A stretch of 64,000 nt of DNA from Chrysomallon squamiferum (Eukaryota; Animalia; Mollusca). The notes below the pieces were generated by a model, which did no database searches, had not been told where the DNA came from, and saw nothing but the letters and a program-made list of their open reading frames with translations. The stretch spans positions 18,352,001 through 18,416,000 of the forward strand of contig CM022672.1 of NCBI GenBank assembly GCA_012295275.1, given 5' to 3'. Below are positions 14,696 through 28,803 of this stretch, one piece after another. The position numbers and the translations under genes are program-made. Numbering within the stretch: the stretch's first letter is position 1; each line of letters starts with the position of its first letter.

Positions 14696-16265
14696 GTACG
14701 CACACCTCTCGTGACTATCCCAGCACCAGCCCCGCCTCAAAAAAACGTCTTGTACCGTTCTGGAATCGACACAAGCGTTGCACTTTCTGGCTTAATACGC
14801 AATTATTCTAGGAAAACCTTGTCTTTTTTTAGCTCTGTCGATCGTTACTAATAGTCTGCCTTGTTGGAATTTTATCAGTGTTCCAAGTTATCGGGCGCAG
14901 AGACAGAATTCTCTAGGGAGAGGTAGAGCAGGAGAAAAATATGTTGTTGGTATGCTAAAAAGGTTGTCTGGTAGTTGTACAATTTAAACTTTAAAAAAAA
15001 AAAAAAAGAGAGAGAGAGGTAGCTGAATTAGGCGAAACGAAGTTAAATACAATGTTTTTTTTTTTTTTTTTTTATGGACGAGTTTATGGTTTCAGTTTTG
15101 TTTCAAAAAAACATTTCATAGTATAAAGAGTAACTGAGTTTATCGAAACACATATAAATATGACAGATTAAAAAAAAAAAAAATCCAAAAAAACCAAGAA
15201 AAAAGTAAATTAAAAAACCAAACAAGCTACAACAACAAGAGGTCGATGGATAGCTACATAATCAGACAAGACAGACAGTAAACACAGACAGACAGGCAGA
15301 CAGACACAGAATGACAGTCATGGATGTATGGATGGATGGGTGGGTGGAGGGACGGGTTGATGTACAGACAGAGAAATATGTCTGTTAAACATTTTGTGAT
15401 ATGTATGTATTAAAATACTATTTTATCAATTTATTATTTAATTAATTTTCATTATTTTTATACATATCAGATTATAAAAAAAAAAAAAACTTATATTTTG
15501 TTGTCGTAAATCGTTACGTTTGACAGGCTAGAAGTTAATGCTATTCTCAATTCTAAGCCCCATTATTATTTGTTTTTCAACACTTAACCTTTTCAAATAC
15601 AGAAATCTGTTTTGTTTAATTACTTTACAAGATTTAACTTGTCAGTTTGGAAAGCTTTAACCTTTTGTTAATTTAAGAATGTTTTATTGCATTCATCGAA
15701 ATAATTAATTTAATTTTGTTGATTGATTATTGAAAAGCTTTATTCTACGACAATATTTTTGGCCTAAATAAAAGTGATGATGATGAGGATGACGATGATG
15801 ATGATGATGATGATAATAATAATAATCATAATAATTCAATAAAAATAACAATTACAATAACAACAGCAGCAACAACAATAATAACAACGTAATAATAATA
15901 ATAATGGCATTTGTAGTAGTAGTAGTAAAAAGTAGTAGTAGTAGTTGTAATAACAAAGTTTACACTTTATAATTGCAAAACCCAATGATTACCTTTAACC
16001 AAACAATTTTCATTACTGAAACAAACAATAAAAAAAAAGTTCTTACGAAATGCCTACTCCATTCACCAGTTTGTCAATATCCAAAACCAAAGTCGCCATT
16101 ATTGATTATGACGTCGTGTATCTATGACTTGGTCCTTGATAACTAGTTATTGAAAAGTCAGCAATTAGTGAAACACATCTATAAAAGTATTTGTAACAGA
16201 ATTCTGATTTTCTTTAAAAGAAAGAGGGACAGAGGGAGTTGAGACACACATATATATATATATAA

Positions 16266-16351
16266 GCAAAAATGTACTCATTATTTAAACGAAATAACAA
16301 AGAAACATTAATTGGATTTATAGTGTTAAGTACATACTTAGTTACAAGAAA
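16266..16351 (-). mobile_element. Dispersed repeat family, inverted 3'-half copy
   Basis: AAACGAAATAACAAAGAAACATTAATTGGATT is the reverse complement of about 14301-14332. Confidence 0.6.
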
Positions 16352-16389
16352 TTATTATTTTACAAACTTAATAATCAAACCGCACATTC

Positions 16390-16443
<54 letters not shown>

Positions 16444-16493
16444 GAGATGATTATGATAATACAGCTAATAAGATGATAACAATAATAATAATA

Positions 16494-16532
<39 letters not shown>

Positions 16533-19500
16533 TATTTACAGGTTTATTTTTTTGAGACAGTACGTAGGAAACAAAATAATTTTTTTGTTTAGGCCTAACT
16601 CTAGATATTTCTTTTTCTGGTTTTGTCGGCTGTAAGAAAAATGAAAGGAACGATTCGTAAAAAGTGAAATCACGCCTGGTTCTGTAATTAACATTTAATC
16701 AAAGCAATACGATCGTTTTAAACAGATGCTTATCAACGACACTGGTAATAAATAACTGCTGAGGTTTAATCTGTTTTAAATGACAAACGTGCAGAGTATC
16801 AATACAGTTATGTACGCACGTCCCCACCTGTTGTTATTCGCAATAAAAAAAAACAACAAAAAAAAAAACACATTTGGGCCGAGAATTTTAACTTGTAAAT
16901 GATTCAGCGACAGAAGTTATTTGTTGCGTATCTTGAAATGTGATTTTCATTTCTTATGGTGATCTCACAGGAAAGGTATTCACGTCTTATTGTAGTCTCG
17001 TGATACAGAAGAGTCAAATCGTGTTCTGACCTTGTGATACTACACGTACACACACACTCTCATACCCACACACATCCACACACACACTCACACACACACA
17101 CACATACACACACGTATATATATATATATATATAACTGACTTAATCTTATCTCACGGTGCAGTATAGACATATCTTATTGCGTCTAATGCTACAATAGTC
17201 ATGTCTTTTTTTGGTCTCTCGGTAAAATAAAGTCACGTCTTATTCTGTACTTATGGTTCAATACATTCTCGTCGTATTGTGATCTCGAGGTAGAATGTAT
17301 ACACAACCATCTACTTACTCACTATATATACGTATCAGTATGCTATCTGTGCATGTATGTGTATGTGTGTTTATGTCTTATTCTGGTCTCAAGATACAAT
17401 GTATTCACCTTTTTGTCCTCGTCTCAAAGCACAAGATTTTCCTGTCAGTTCAGTTTATTCATGTCTTATGCATCTCGACTTGAAAGTGTACTAAGAGACC
17501 ACCAGGTCAGAAGAACATCGTGACCAGGTCAGTGTGCTGTGAACGTAATTGGAAATAAGTTCTAAATTAGCAACATCGTCATCGCAAGATGTGATCTGAC
17601 TTACAGCAGTTTTATTTTTCTACTCTCTCTCTCTCTCTCTCTGTTTACTCATTTACACGAAGCAGCAGCCATCGAAATTTTAATTCCAAGAATATTCAAG
17701 AGTCGCCCCCGACAGAAACCGTACTGATGTTCTCGAAACAAATTGGCGGAATTTAATAATGCTAATTTGCCACGAGGAATATAGGAATCCAGCTCTGCAC
17801 TCCTGAACTACGACAGAAAGAACTTCGCGGGACTGTCTGAAGTCGTAAACTTTGGAATGATGGTTTTTCTTTCTTTCTTTCTTTTTTGTTGCAACCAGTC
17901 ATAACATAAATACTGAACCACACCAGAAAATTCTCATCATTTCTTGCAGAGTGTTACCGAATTACAACGCCCTGTGTGTGACTATTCAGAAACACACGAT
18001 TCAAAGTTTTGTAACTCTGAAAAATCACGTAGTCGCGGTTAATGGATTTAAAGAGTTCAAGAATTGTATCCGTTTGAATCGATGGGACGGGATGAGTTTA
18101 GACGGTGTTCGGGTTTAACGGGTTATCAATGCCAAGGGGTGCAATTCAGTGTTGATGTACGGCCATTTCCCTTACCCCGAGTCGAGATTTTACACGATTA
18201 TTAGCGACGAGTTGACGCCAAGATGGCTGTTTCGATTCCAGGTCTTTCATTATAATAATAAGAACGCGTCGCCATGGGGATTTATGCCAAACAAATTCTG
18301 TTTTCAGAGAACATGAAAACGAATCCTGTACAGGTTGATAGTTTTAAACCTTTTTTTTTGTGTGTGTATACTGATGGTCATTTCATATAGTTTGGTTTGC
18401 AGATTAGTTCAAGGGATATTACTAATAATATAGTTTTTATATTGATAATAACAGTTTTAATATAGACTCATGTGTACAGAATTACATATGTAGATATTCA
18501 CTTACATATACACACACACACAGAAACGCTGACACATACAAACACACGTACATACAAACGCATATACAACTGTACGCACATACAAACCAGGACAGATGTA
18601 ATAGATGAATTTTAGCCTAGACCAGCAATAATTCAGATATTAAACCTTTGAGTAATTTCAGATGTTATTTATGTTCTGATCTCTGTTTCTTTCTCTCTAT
18701 CACACACACACATTCACACACACAGTATCACGGTTATGTTTCTAGTTGTTGTAAAAAGTCGATATTTAGTTTGAATAATATTTTGTACTTTATATTTTAA
18801 ATCTGTTTGCTTTGTCAAGATACAGGGTTTAAAATTCCCTATTGGTACATTTATTCTGGAACTACCTAGTAGCTTGGCAAGGTTTTGATCAGTCAAACAA
18901 ATATTTTTCTTTCCTTTTGCCAAATTCCAGTGAACTACGTTTTTTTTTCTAGACTCTATTAGCAGCAAATATCGATTAACACTGTATCGTTATTTCTAAA
19001 GTGACTTCTGGGTATTATATCACAAAGATTTAAAAAAAAATTATTTCACCTGGACGGTCATTTCGAAAACTTCACAGCCTGCTATCAGACGAAGAACAAG
19101 AACAAATCTCGATCCTTTGGTTCAAACGTTTGTCTTTATTTTTGCCTTCAGGACAGATTAGCTGTTAACACTTGATATATAAAAGCGCTTTCAAATGAAG
19201 AAAAAGAAAAGATTCAAGCATTATTTCTGGACTTATAATTCACCCTAAAAAGTATATTCTTGTCCCTTTTATCGAAAGCAGACGAGACGGTGATTTCTCG
19301 AGGGGATTCAATCTGTGTCGGGTCGACCCCTGCCACCTGCTTCTCAGTCGTGAATTTCAGAATTCAGTCATAACCATCGGCGGTCGACGCATAACTCGAC
19401 CATAAATTCCGCGCGCCATATTGTTTGTCTGCTGCTGAACGTCACGTGGGCTGGCGCCATCTCGCGGGGAAATTGGCACCTTTGCATAAATCAGCTTCCG

Positions 19501-19858
19501 AAAGCCGATGATTAGGAAATAAATCACAATGGCGTAATAAACTGCACCGTTTGAAAATGTGAATACTGGTACATTTTACTGGTGTAATTACTAAACACTC
19601 GTGTTATTAAAAAAAGAAAAATAAAACGTGCTAATTTCCTAAGGGATCGTTTTGAATTAAAAAGCGAGAGAGAGTGAGAAGAAAAATGAAGAAAGCAACA
19701 GTATACACATCAACAAATAAATAAATGCATGGAAAGTTAAATGACTGTTTTTGTTTACTTCATTCGATAACCATTTAAATTTTAGAAATTACTTACTGCA
19801 GCTGTTATTTCTTTCTTTTATTCATGATACAATGTTATTATGCTGGGTTTTTTCTTTC

Positions 19859-19893
<35 letters not shown>

Positions 19894-20715
19894 CTAATTC
19901 AAATTTTATCTTTTGCTCTCTCAATACTTATCACCACCTTTTTTATTCCAAAAAAAATCACGAACACTACACGCACGCACGCACGCACGCACCCGCACAC
20001 ACACACACACAAAAGAACAACAGTCAATAAATTCCAACAATTTTATCCTTTAGTTTTTTCTTATTTTTATTTTTTCAGTTTATTTATTTATTTTTATTTA
20101 TTTATTTTTTATTTATTTATTTATTATTATTATTATTATTATTTATTATTATTATTATTATTTATTTATTTTTTTTTTTTTTTTTTTCTTTAATTGATTT
20201 AATTTCATCTAAACGGATCTAAGGCGATGATGAAATGTTGATGGCCGCAGAGCGTTCGTGATAATTTTATGTTTTTTACCTGTTCTAGCCTTGCCACGAT
20301 TATATAATAAAGATGATGATGATGACGATGTAGCATTAACAACAACAACTAGTCCTCTTTTGGGTGTCGACCCTTTACTTACAGTGCTCTGAGCGTGTGG
20401 ACTATTTGTCAGTGATGAGTCAACGTTTGTCTTCAAGTATAAGTAATTTCACTGTTTGTTGAAGTCAACTGATCTTCGTTCACGGCAGTGTTGAGAAATC
20501 TGTTGTGACGCGGAGTTTTCTCACTGTAATTGTACTTAGCTTGAGGATGGTAACACATTTCTTATTGACAGCGTGGCATGCACCCTGCAGAAACACAGCT
20601 AATCACTCTCTAACACTGTGAGGAATAACATTCAACAGAATTCAATATAAAGGTTGTTATTATCATAATTTCTTGTATATATATATGGGTTTTTGTTGTA
20701 TGTAAGATATGTAAA

Positions 20716-20770
<55 letters not shown>

Positions 20771-21186
20771 TTATATATGTATGTGTGTATGTATGTATGT
20801 ATGTGTGTATGTCTATGTATGTATGTACATGCGTATGTATGTAATATGCATATATGTTTGTATATATTATATATATCTGTATGTATGTATGTTTGTTTGT
20901 GGGTATGTATGTGTGTATGTATAAGCACATGAACGTATACGCGAACACTATAATATATTTATGTATGAAAATACGTACTAATATTTCTACGTGCGCATGC
21001 ATGAGTATGTGTGCTGATGTTGGTGTTATTAATATAAACAATATCGTTTGAAATGACATTGGAGCTATTTCTACGATCACAAACATATATATTTCAAAAT
21101 TCAAATTGCCAAGGGTCAGTTATTATAAAAACACTACATATAAAATAATAATAATAATAATAATAACAACAACAACAACAATACAA

Positions 21187-21258
<72 letters not shown>

Positions 21259-21561
21259 ATTTAAAATCAAAAATTAAAAATTTAAATTTAAGAAAATGTA
21301 AAATATTACCACTATTTCCGAATTCTCAGTTATTTTTTTATTATTTTATTACTGATATCAGTTTGCTCCGCTAACACATTTCTCCATATTTTTCATTTCC
21401 TCAGCAGTGATATAAGCGTCGAACTGCGTGATCGATTGCAATCAGATCGAAGTATCTGAGATATTTATACTGGTCTGTATTTGTGTCAGACACGGAAAAA
21501 CTAACAGCTCTGTTCCTTTGATATCGTCCTGATTATCAACAGCTCCGTACGTCAGACGTGT

Positions 21562-21563
<2 letters not shown>

Positions 21564-21637
<74 letters not shown>
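21564..21637. repeat. (TA)n microsatellite
   Basis: Directly visible. Confidence 0.95.
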
Positions 21638-21640
<3 letters not shown>

Positions 21641-22002
21641 GGTATCAGTCTTTTTTTATTATTATTGTTTATTTTTCGACATGAACACTTCCTGGTTCGA
21701 TAAATTTCCTTTTCGATAAACGAGTTTTTAGTTTCTCGTTAGAGTCACAGCAAGTGCGAGTCAGGTCGCTTGGTTAGTGAGAAATAATCGTTTGGTGTTA
21801 TCGGGTACAGACGTGTGTAATACTGATATACAGTTTAGCTTTTACTAACCGATACACTGTTTAGTTTTTACTAATATCTGTGTAAGCACTAATGTTATTA
21901 TTCTTTTGGCATCTTGTTTCTAAGTGACAATATTACATTATATACAAATTTAAATGTATCAACTACTACTATTACTACTACTACTATAACTACTACTACT
22001 AT

Positions 22003-22071
<69 letters not shown>

Positions 22072-22271
22072 GCAATATTTATTTCAGATACAATTTTACT
22101 TAATGTGTTATTACAAAAATGACAAACGTCCCTTTAATTTTGTACATTCAGCATGAATACAAGTATGTCAAAACACATCCAGGCTTTCAGTGTCCAATTG
22201 TACAATATAACTTTAAAAAAACATGAATGTGAAGCAAAGAAAGGATTTTTAAATTTCAAACACACACACAC

Positions 22272-22310
<39 letters not shown>

Positions 22311-23167
22311 ATATATATATATATATATATGAAAAATAAAAAAAAATTGGGAAATGCTGTGGATTCGCTCTTCTTCTAGCGCCACGGTATTGTATCAACA
22401 TCGAGAGCTTTGAAAAAAAAAAAAAAAAAACCAAAACTGCCTCATATTCTTCTCACGATCGTCTTCGCCAAGCCCCCAAAAATCCAATAATTCTTTCAGC
22501 GAAATCAATAATTATTCAACACATGCGTTTCGTAAGAGAGCGAGCGACACTTGTTCTTCACATAATATCATCAACTTGTGAACTTGCGATCGGCCTGTTT
22601 ACAAGCAGTGATCTCTGATGACAATCAGGCGTCCATTGACGGTCGGCAACGAGCAGGAAGGAAGTCGGGGTACCGAGTTCTGCTGATTGCTACGCAGCAC
22701 TGACTGACTGGCTCTGGAAAGATGATTAGATCAGCCCGGACTAACTAGCGAGATTTGGTCGTCTGCTCGCCCCGAGTCATGTCGTCTACTCCTTGTTTAT
22801 AATACCTTTACAACAAAAAAAATGCGACCGGGGAGTTTCGGTGCGTGGAACTAACTTGGTCTGCATTTTATTATGGCTACTGACAGCGCGTCGTTCTCTG
22901 TTAATTTGTTACTTTATCTGCTTTTTGGATATTTTTCCCAGAGTGTCTTTCTTTATAGTTTAATTTTTTTTTTTTTTCTTTTCATTCATTCATGTGTAAC
23001 ATATACTCTCTCACTCAGTCTCTGTTTCTCTCTCAACAGACATGTTCTCACTCTCTCTTATAAACTGCAAAAAATATGTAAATGAACTCTCACCCATCAT
23101 TCACTCTGTCTCTGACTGTCTGTCTGTCTGAGTGTCTTTTTCACACACACCACAAACTCAAAAACAA

Positions 23168-23286
<119 letters not shown>

Positions 23287-24034
23287 CCCAGTTTACGCGT
23301 GTATATAATTTATTATAGTTATAATATATACACGTATGTACGTCATTATAGTCATTTCTTTGTCCTAGCGCTTAATTCTCACTGTATATTACGACTTATC
23401 TTGCTCCGCTCAGTACATAATCTGTTTGAAAAACGGTTCCCTGTGTGACAACGACAAACAGAGCTTAAGCTTTCGTGTCACAGCTTTCAATTTATGTATC
23501 GAACAGCCTCTCAACGTTTCACAACAAAATCCTTTTATAATTTGCGATAAGGCATCATTAGTCTGCTTTCAGATGATCAACTGCCGAAAGATTGGCGAAA
23601 AATATCGCAAGATGGCAGCGAGCAAATATTAAAGCATCGATTATCGACAATGGGTCTATAAAAGACCATATTAAATGAAATTCCATAGAATGATGCTCAA
23701 GCTATGTCATCTATCCGTCTAGACTCTTACCAGAAGCTAATTATTGAATTTCTAATAAAACTGTTATTTTAGTTATACAAATTTTTATCATAACAACAAA
23801 CAGGAATCAATGTTTGAAATGACATCAATATTCTTCGCTTGTTTTACAAAAGACAAACACATAACTTTACTGACGAAATAGATTATATTTTTATTATCAA
23901 TAAATTAATTGCTTCTGCCAGCGTTACCACATCAAAATGGAAATAAACAAAAATGGGACATATGTGATCAACAAGGATAAAGAGAAAAAGATGTGTCTGT
24001 ATGCATATATATATATATATATGCACATACTGGG

Positions 24035-24152
<118 letters not shown>

Positions 24153-26628
24153 ACATGAGACAGAGATACCCATACAAAACATGCACACACAAATCCACAT
24201 ACATACATACACACATATACTCACACAAACACATTTGCAAACGTACATGAACACACACTTCTAACTATAATAAAACTTGCAGATTTGATTTTCATTTCAA
24301 AAAAGGTGACTAAAGATAACAAACAACAGTCTTAATCAAGTCAGAAAACTGAACACAAAACGTTTCTTGGTAATTGAAAAGGAAAAAAAAAAAAAAAAAA
24401 AAAATTTCAACGCAAAGAAACACAACAGAAACCAATTTAATTGAAAACAAATTCAAGCCAATTTAACGCGACATCAAGAACTCGACGGTGCCAGCTTTTC
24501 CTTGCATGCTGTTGTTGCAAGGTCTACAACCTACAAATCGTAAAAACGCAGATGCGCTGGAATTAAAGGTTTAATCCCGAACACAGAGTCCGTCCAATCG
24601 AAGCTGTCATCGAGAGAACACCTTCGTTATTCAGCTTGTCGCATCCGTGCTCGTTTTTCGTATCGTAAAACGGCAATAAAACACAGAACCGAGTTTAATC
24701 CGATGCGAATTCGGGACGATTTAAATCGACTGTTCTTTTTGGGGAAAACGGCCTCGTACGTTCTTCGGATTACACTGTAGTGTTTTGTAAACGGTTTCAG
24801 CGGCTGCGACTTGAAGATAACTTCCAGCGTTGTATCGATTACCGTCAGACAAATGACGTTAGACACTGAAAACAGACGACAACGTCGCAGACTGAGTGAA
24901 GAGGAATGAAAGAGAGGGGTGGGGTGGGGGGGAAGAAGAAGAAAAACAGAGAGAGAGAGAAAAAAAAAAGAAGAAGGAATTGTGGAAGAAAATTTCCAGT
25001 GTCGTGCTGATTATTGTCAAACTAACGATGTTAGACATTAACAAAATACACTGGAAGTTCCTCAGACCGGATTAAGAAGATGAGAGAGAATAGAAAGAAG
25101 GAAGGAAAGAAACGACAGAACGTATGAAAATTAATGAATGAATGAAGAAAAAAAGGAAAAAGGAATGAAAGAAAGAAAGAAAAACGTATGAAATTAAGAT
25201 CTAAAAAAGTAAGATTACTTTAGGAAAATTATGTTAGATATCAGCAAAAATACGACTGGAGTTGGGATAAAATGTGAAGAAGAAAGAAAGAAGAAAAAAG
25301 AATGAATGAAAGCAAGAAAGAAAGAAAAAAGAAACAAAGAAATAATTTTAGGATTTAAAAATTAATGTTATATAGGACCTGATATAACTGGAATTAGTTG
25401 GATCGAATGAAGAAAAAATATAAAAAGATATATAACAGAAATAAACAGTAGTGACGAAATAAAAAGAGAAAAATGAAAAAATATATATAAAAAAAAGAAT
25501 AATAATAATAATAAAAATAATGAATTATACATAAACAATAGATAAAAAGAAGATAAAAAAATTTACCGTCACTTGCAGAGGAAATATAAATAAATAAGTA
25601 AGTAAGTAATTATGTAACACAAAACCCTATCTATTCCGAAATGTTATGCTGTTAACAACTTTTTGCTTAAAAATTCATTAAACTAGCACCACCACAACGA
25701 CAATAACGACAGTGACAGCAGCAACAACAACAATAATAATAATAAATTATGATTATAATAATAAATAACGGTAATAATAACAACAACAACAACAACAAAA
25801 AAAATGATGATGATGTTAATGATGATGGAAATAGGAATAATAAGGACAACATCATTAGAACGTAGCCATACTGATCGCTGTATAAAAAATCCACGTTTGA
25901 ATAATTCTTCACAACAGTCATCCGAATTAACTACTTACCAACGGTGTAGGCACATTTAACTCCTTGTGAAACTTGGACCTCGGGTGTTTTACAAATTAAC
26001 ATATTTATTAGGTTACAAAGATGTTGTGGCTACCGAAAGAAAGCTTTTGACTAGAAAATGATCAAGAATCGTGGTAGGCGAATTTAATATTAAACCCTTC
26101 TGTCACTGAAAAGAGTGTTGGATACAAAACAATCTGTCGAATATAAATCACAAAATCTTTCTTGTAAAATAGTTTATTAAATTGAGTATTATCATTGTTT
26201 GTCCGAGGTCTCTGAATTTAAATCAATGAATCAATTTTAATATGTTCAGAAATATCAATATTCTGAAAAGTGGATAACTGATTTTAATAAAACGTTACTG
26301 TCACAAACAAAAACAGATCTTGTACTTCAACTCAACGTAATCAGCATCGTCGTCAACATCATGACGTTGAACCATTGTCCTCCTCTTCATCATCTCTGCT
26401 ACTAATTTTTATACTACTGCTGCTACTACCACCACTCTTTTTCTTTTACTACTATTAGTCCTTTCCATTATTACTTCTTCTATTAATTTTTACCTTTTTA
26501 AAAATATTCATTTCATTATCATTTCATCATTATGGATATTATTATTATCATCATTTGTTGTTGATATTATTGTTATTATTATAATTATTATTATCGTTAT
26601 TGTTGTTTTTGTTTTTTGTTATTTCCAT

Positions 26629-26675
<47 letters not shown>

Positions 26676-27462
26676 CTACTACTGCTACTACTACTGTAGC
26701 AGCGCTGGTGGACTGCAACTGTAACGATGGCTCGGTATCATTATCTGGCGCCATGGAAATCGCTTTAGATCATAGTCTCAAAATACAGTAGGTGTGTATA
26801 TGTCAAACATCAAGAATCAAATATCAGCGTGTAATCATTGCGACATCAGAACTGCTTAATTCCCAATTACACGCTAATAACGGTAATATGCTTTAACAAC
26901 GGCAGAACTGCGTGAACGAGCGAATGGTGACCTTCGTGACGTGTCGAGGGAATTCGCCGTTTTTTGAACGCCCTCCCCTCCTTTTCCACCACCCCTCCCC
27001 GAAGTCTAACACCCATTACCTGAAAACGGTCGCAGGAAAGTAAACAGAAGACATACGGCCCGTTAACCGCTAATGCGCTATAAACACAATTAAGTACGTC
27101 CAGTGAATTAGACTTAAAGCGAACATAATTGTTCCTAAAGAACGGCTTCAGATAAATCATTTGTCAGCGTCGTGAGCAGCATATTTAGCGCTAAATTAAC
27201 TTAAACGAGCCATTTAATCAAATTCGGAGACGTTTGCAAAACGAGAGTGCAATTCCATATCGTGTTTCAGACACTTCTATTGCGAATTAAGTCCACTTTG
27301 ACGTGAGACTCGCCTGCACAATAGCTCCGTGCAGGCAGGGTTTGTTGTATTTGTTGTTTTGTGTTATTAAAACCGCTCTTTTGCTTGCTTGGACGCAGAA
27401 GTGCTTGTTGCGTGAACTCGTGTTGCGTGGAAGCAGAGAATGCTGTTTGTTTGTGTGTGTGT

Positions 27463-27501
<39 letters not shown>

Positions 27502-28302
27502 TGTGTGTATCTGGTGTGAGTCTGTCTGTTTATAAGGAGATATGAATATACACGAATATTTAAAATTACTCCCACCGTTCCAAAAATATACATTGATAAT
27601 ATTCTAACAGAGGAATTCATATTCAACAACTCCATCAAAAAAAAAAAAAAAAAAGAAAAGAAATCATCAAAATGAAACCAATCAACAACAACAACACCAA
27701 AAAGACTACACAAAAAAAAAATTAAATAAATAAATAAATAAATAAAAATACAACATAGGCACACATTTAAACAATAAAACAGGAAATGTAAACACACACA
27801 TACACATCATACATTCTAGAACACGAGCTATTTCATCTACCTCTATTTATGTATGTTATTTCTATCTTATATAATTATTGCAAATTTGAAATATTATATA
27901 CACAATTTAAACATTGTTACTTGTGTTTATTTGTCTTAGCGTATTCCGTTAATTTCAATATTCTAGTAAATATTCTGCCCGAAAATACAGAATCGTCGTA
28001 AACTTCCGAAGTGAATTATCTGTTATTTGGTTAATTGTTTAATAGTCTGTGTGTTAACGTCTATATCTTTGTTGTGTCATATTATTCTTGACCTCCTACC
28101 CTACGTCGTTTCGAGATCATTAGAAAATTCTAGCAATCTTTCCGTTAATCATAAAAAGGGGAAGGTTGTAATTACTATTACTAATCTGAAGCCTGTCCGC
28201 ATAACTAACAGTTTTGTAACGTCGCCTGAGTGATTCAACACTAAATGAATTCTAACAACTCGAAATAGATTCCTTATTGAACATATTTTTATATATTTTC
28301 AG

Positions 28303-28803
28303 AACTCGAGGCCAGCTAGTAATGGACAGCAGAAAGAAAGTTTTAACAATCTGATCAAAATACAGAGAAGTCTGGGAGAACATTTCTTCTGTGTTCGTAC
28401 ATCAGTTAAAGTTTTTTTACGCTTTCTGTCTTCAAGCCGGTTCGATTGTTCAAGATGTCTTTACTGCTGTCGTGTAGACTCTGAAGCGACAATGTCGAAG
28501 TAGTCGTTGCAGCAACAATGACGATAATCAAGTGTCGAAGCGAAAACGGTATTTCATTTCACAGGATGGCTGACTGTAAAATAAAAGGATATGACTGGAA
28601 ACTAGCTAAGCTAAACCGAGTCGTCTAACTAGTTCGTTTTAAAAGCAGAATGAACGACTTTTATGTCAGTGTTAATTGCAGCTGCAGAAGAATATGTTAC
28701 TGGTAATAATAACACGAAGATTTTCGCCGGTTCGGTTTATGGGCGATTAGCTGTCTTGTGTTGAAAACGTCACAGATATGTTTGTAGCTTGCTGTACTGA
28801 AAC
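28303..28803 (+). other. Putative 5' UTR portion of the receptor coding exon
   Basis: Strong acceptor atatattttcAG at 28291-28302, followed by about 500 nt of non-repetitive sequence up to ATG 28804. Confidence 0.5.

Noticed and set aside
16950-17480. Faint ~35-40-bp periodicity (TCTTATT...TCTC...ATAC)
   Set aside because: It is too degenerate to define a unit by eye and needs Tandem Repeats Finder.
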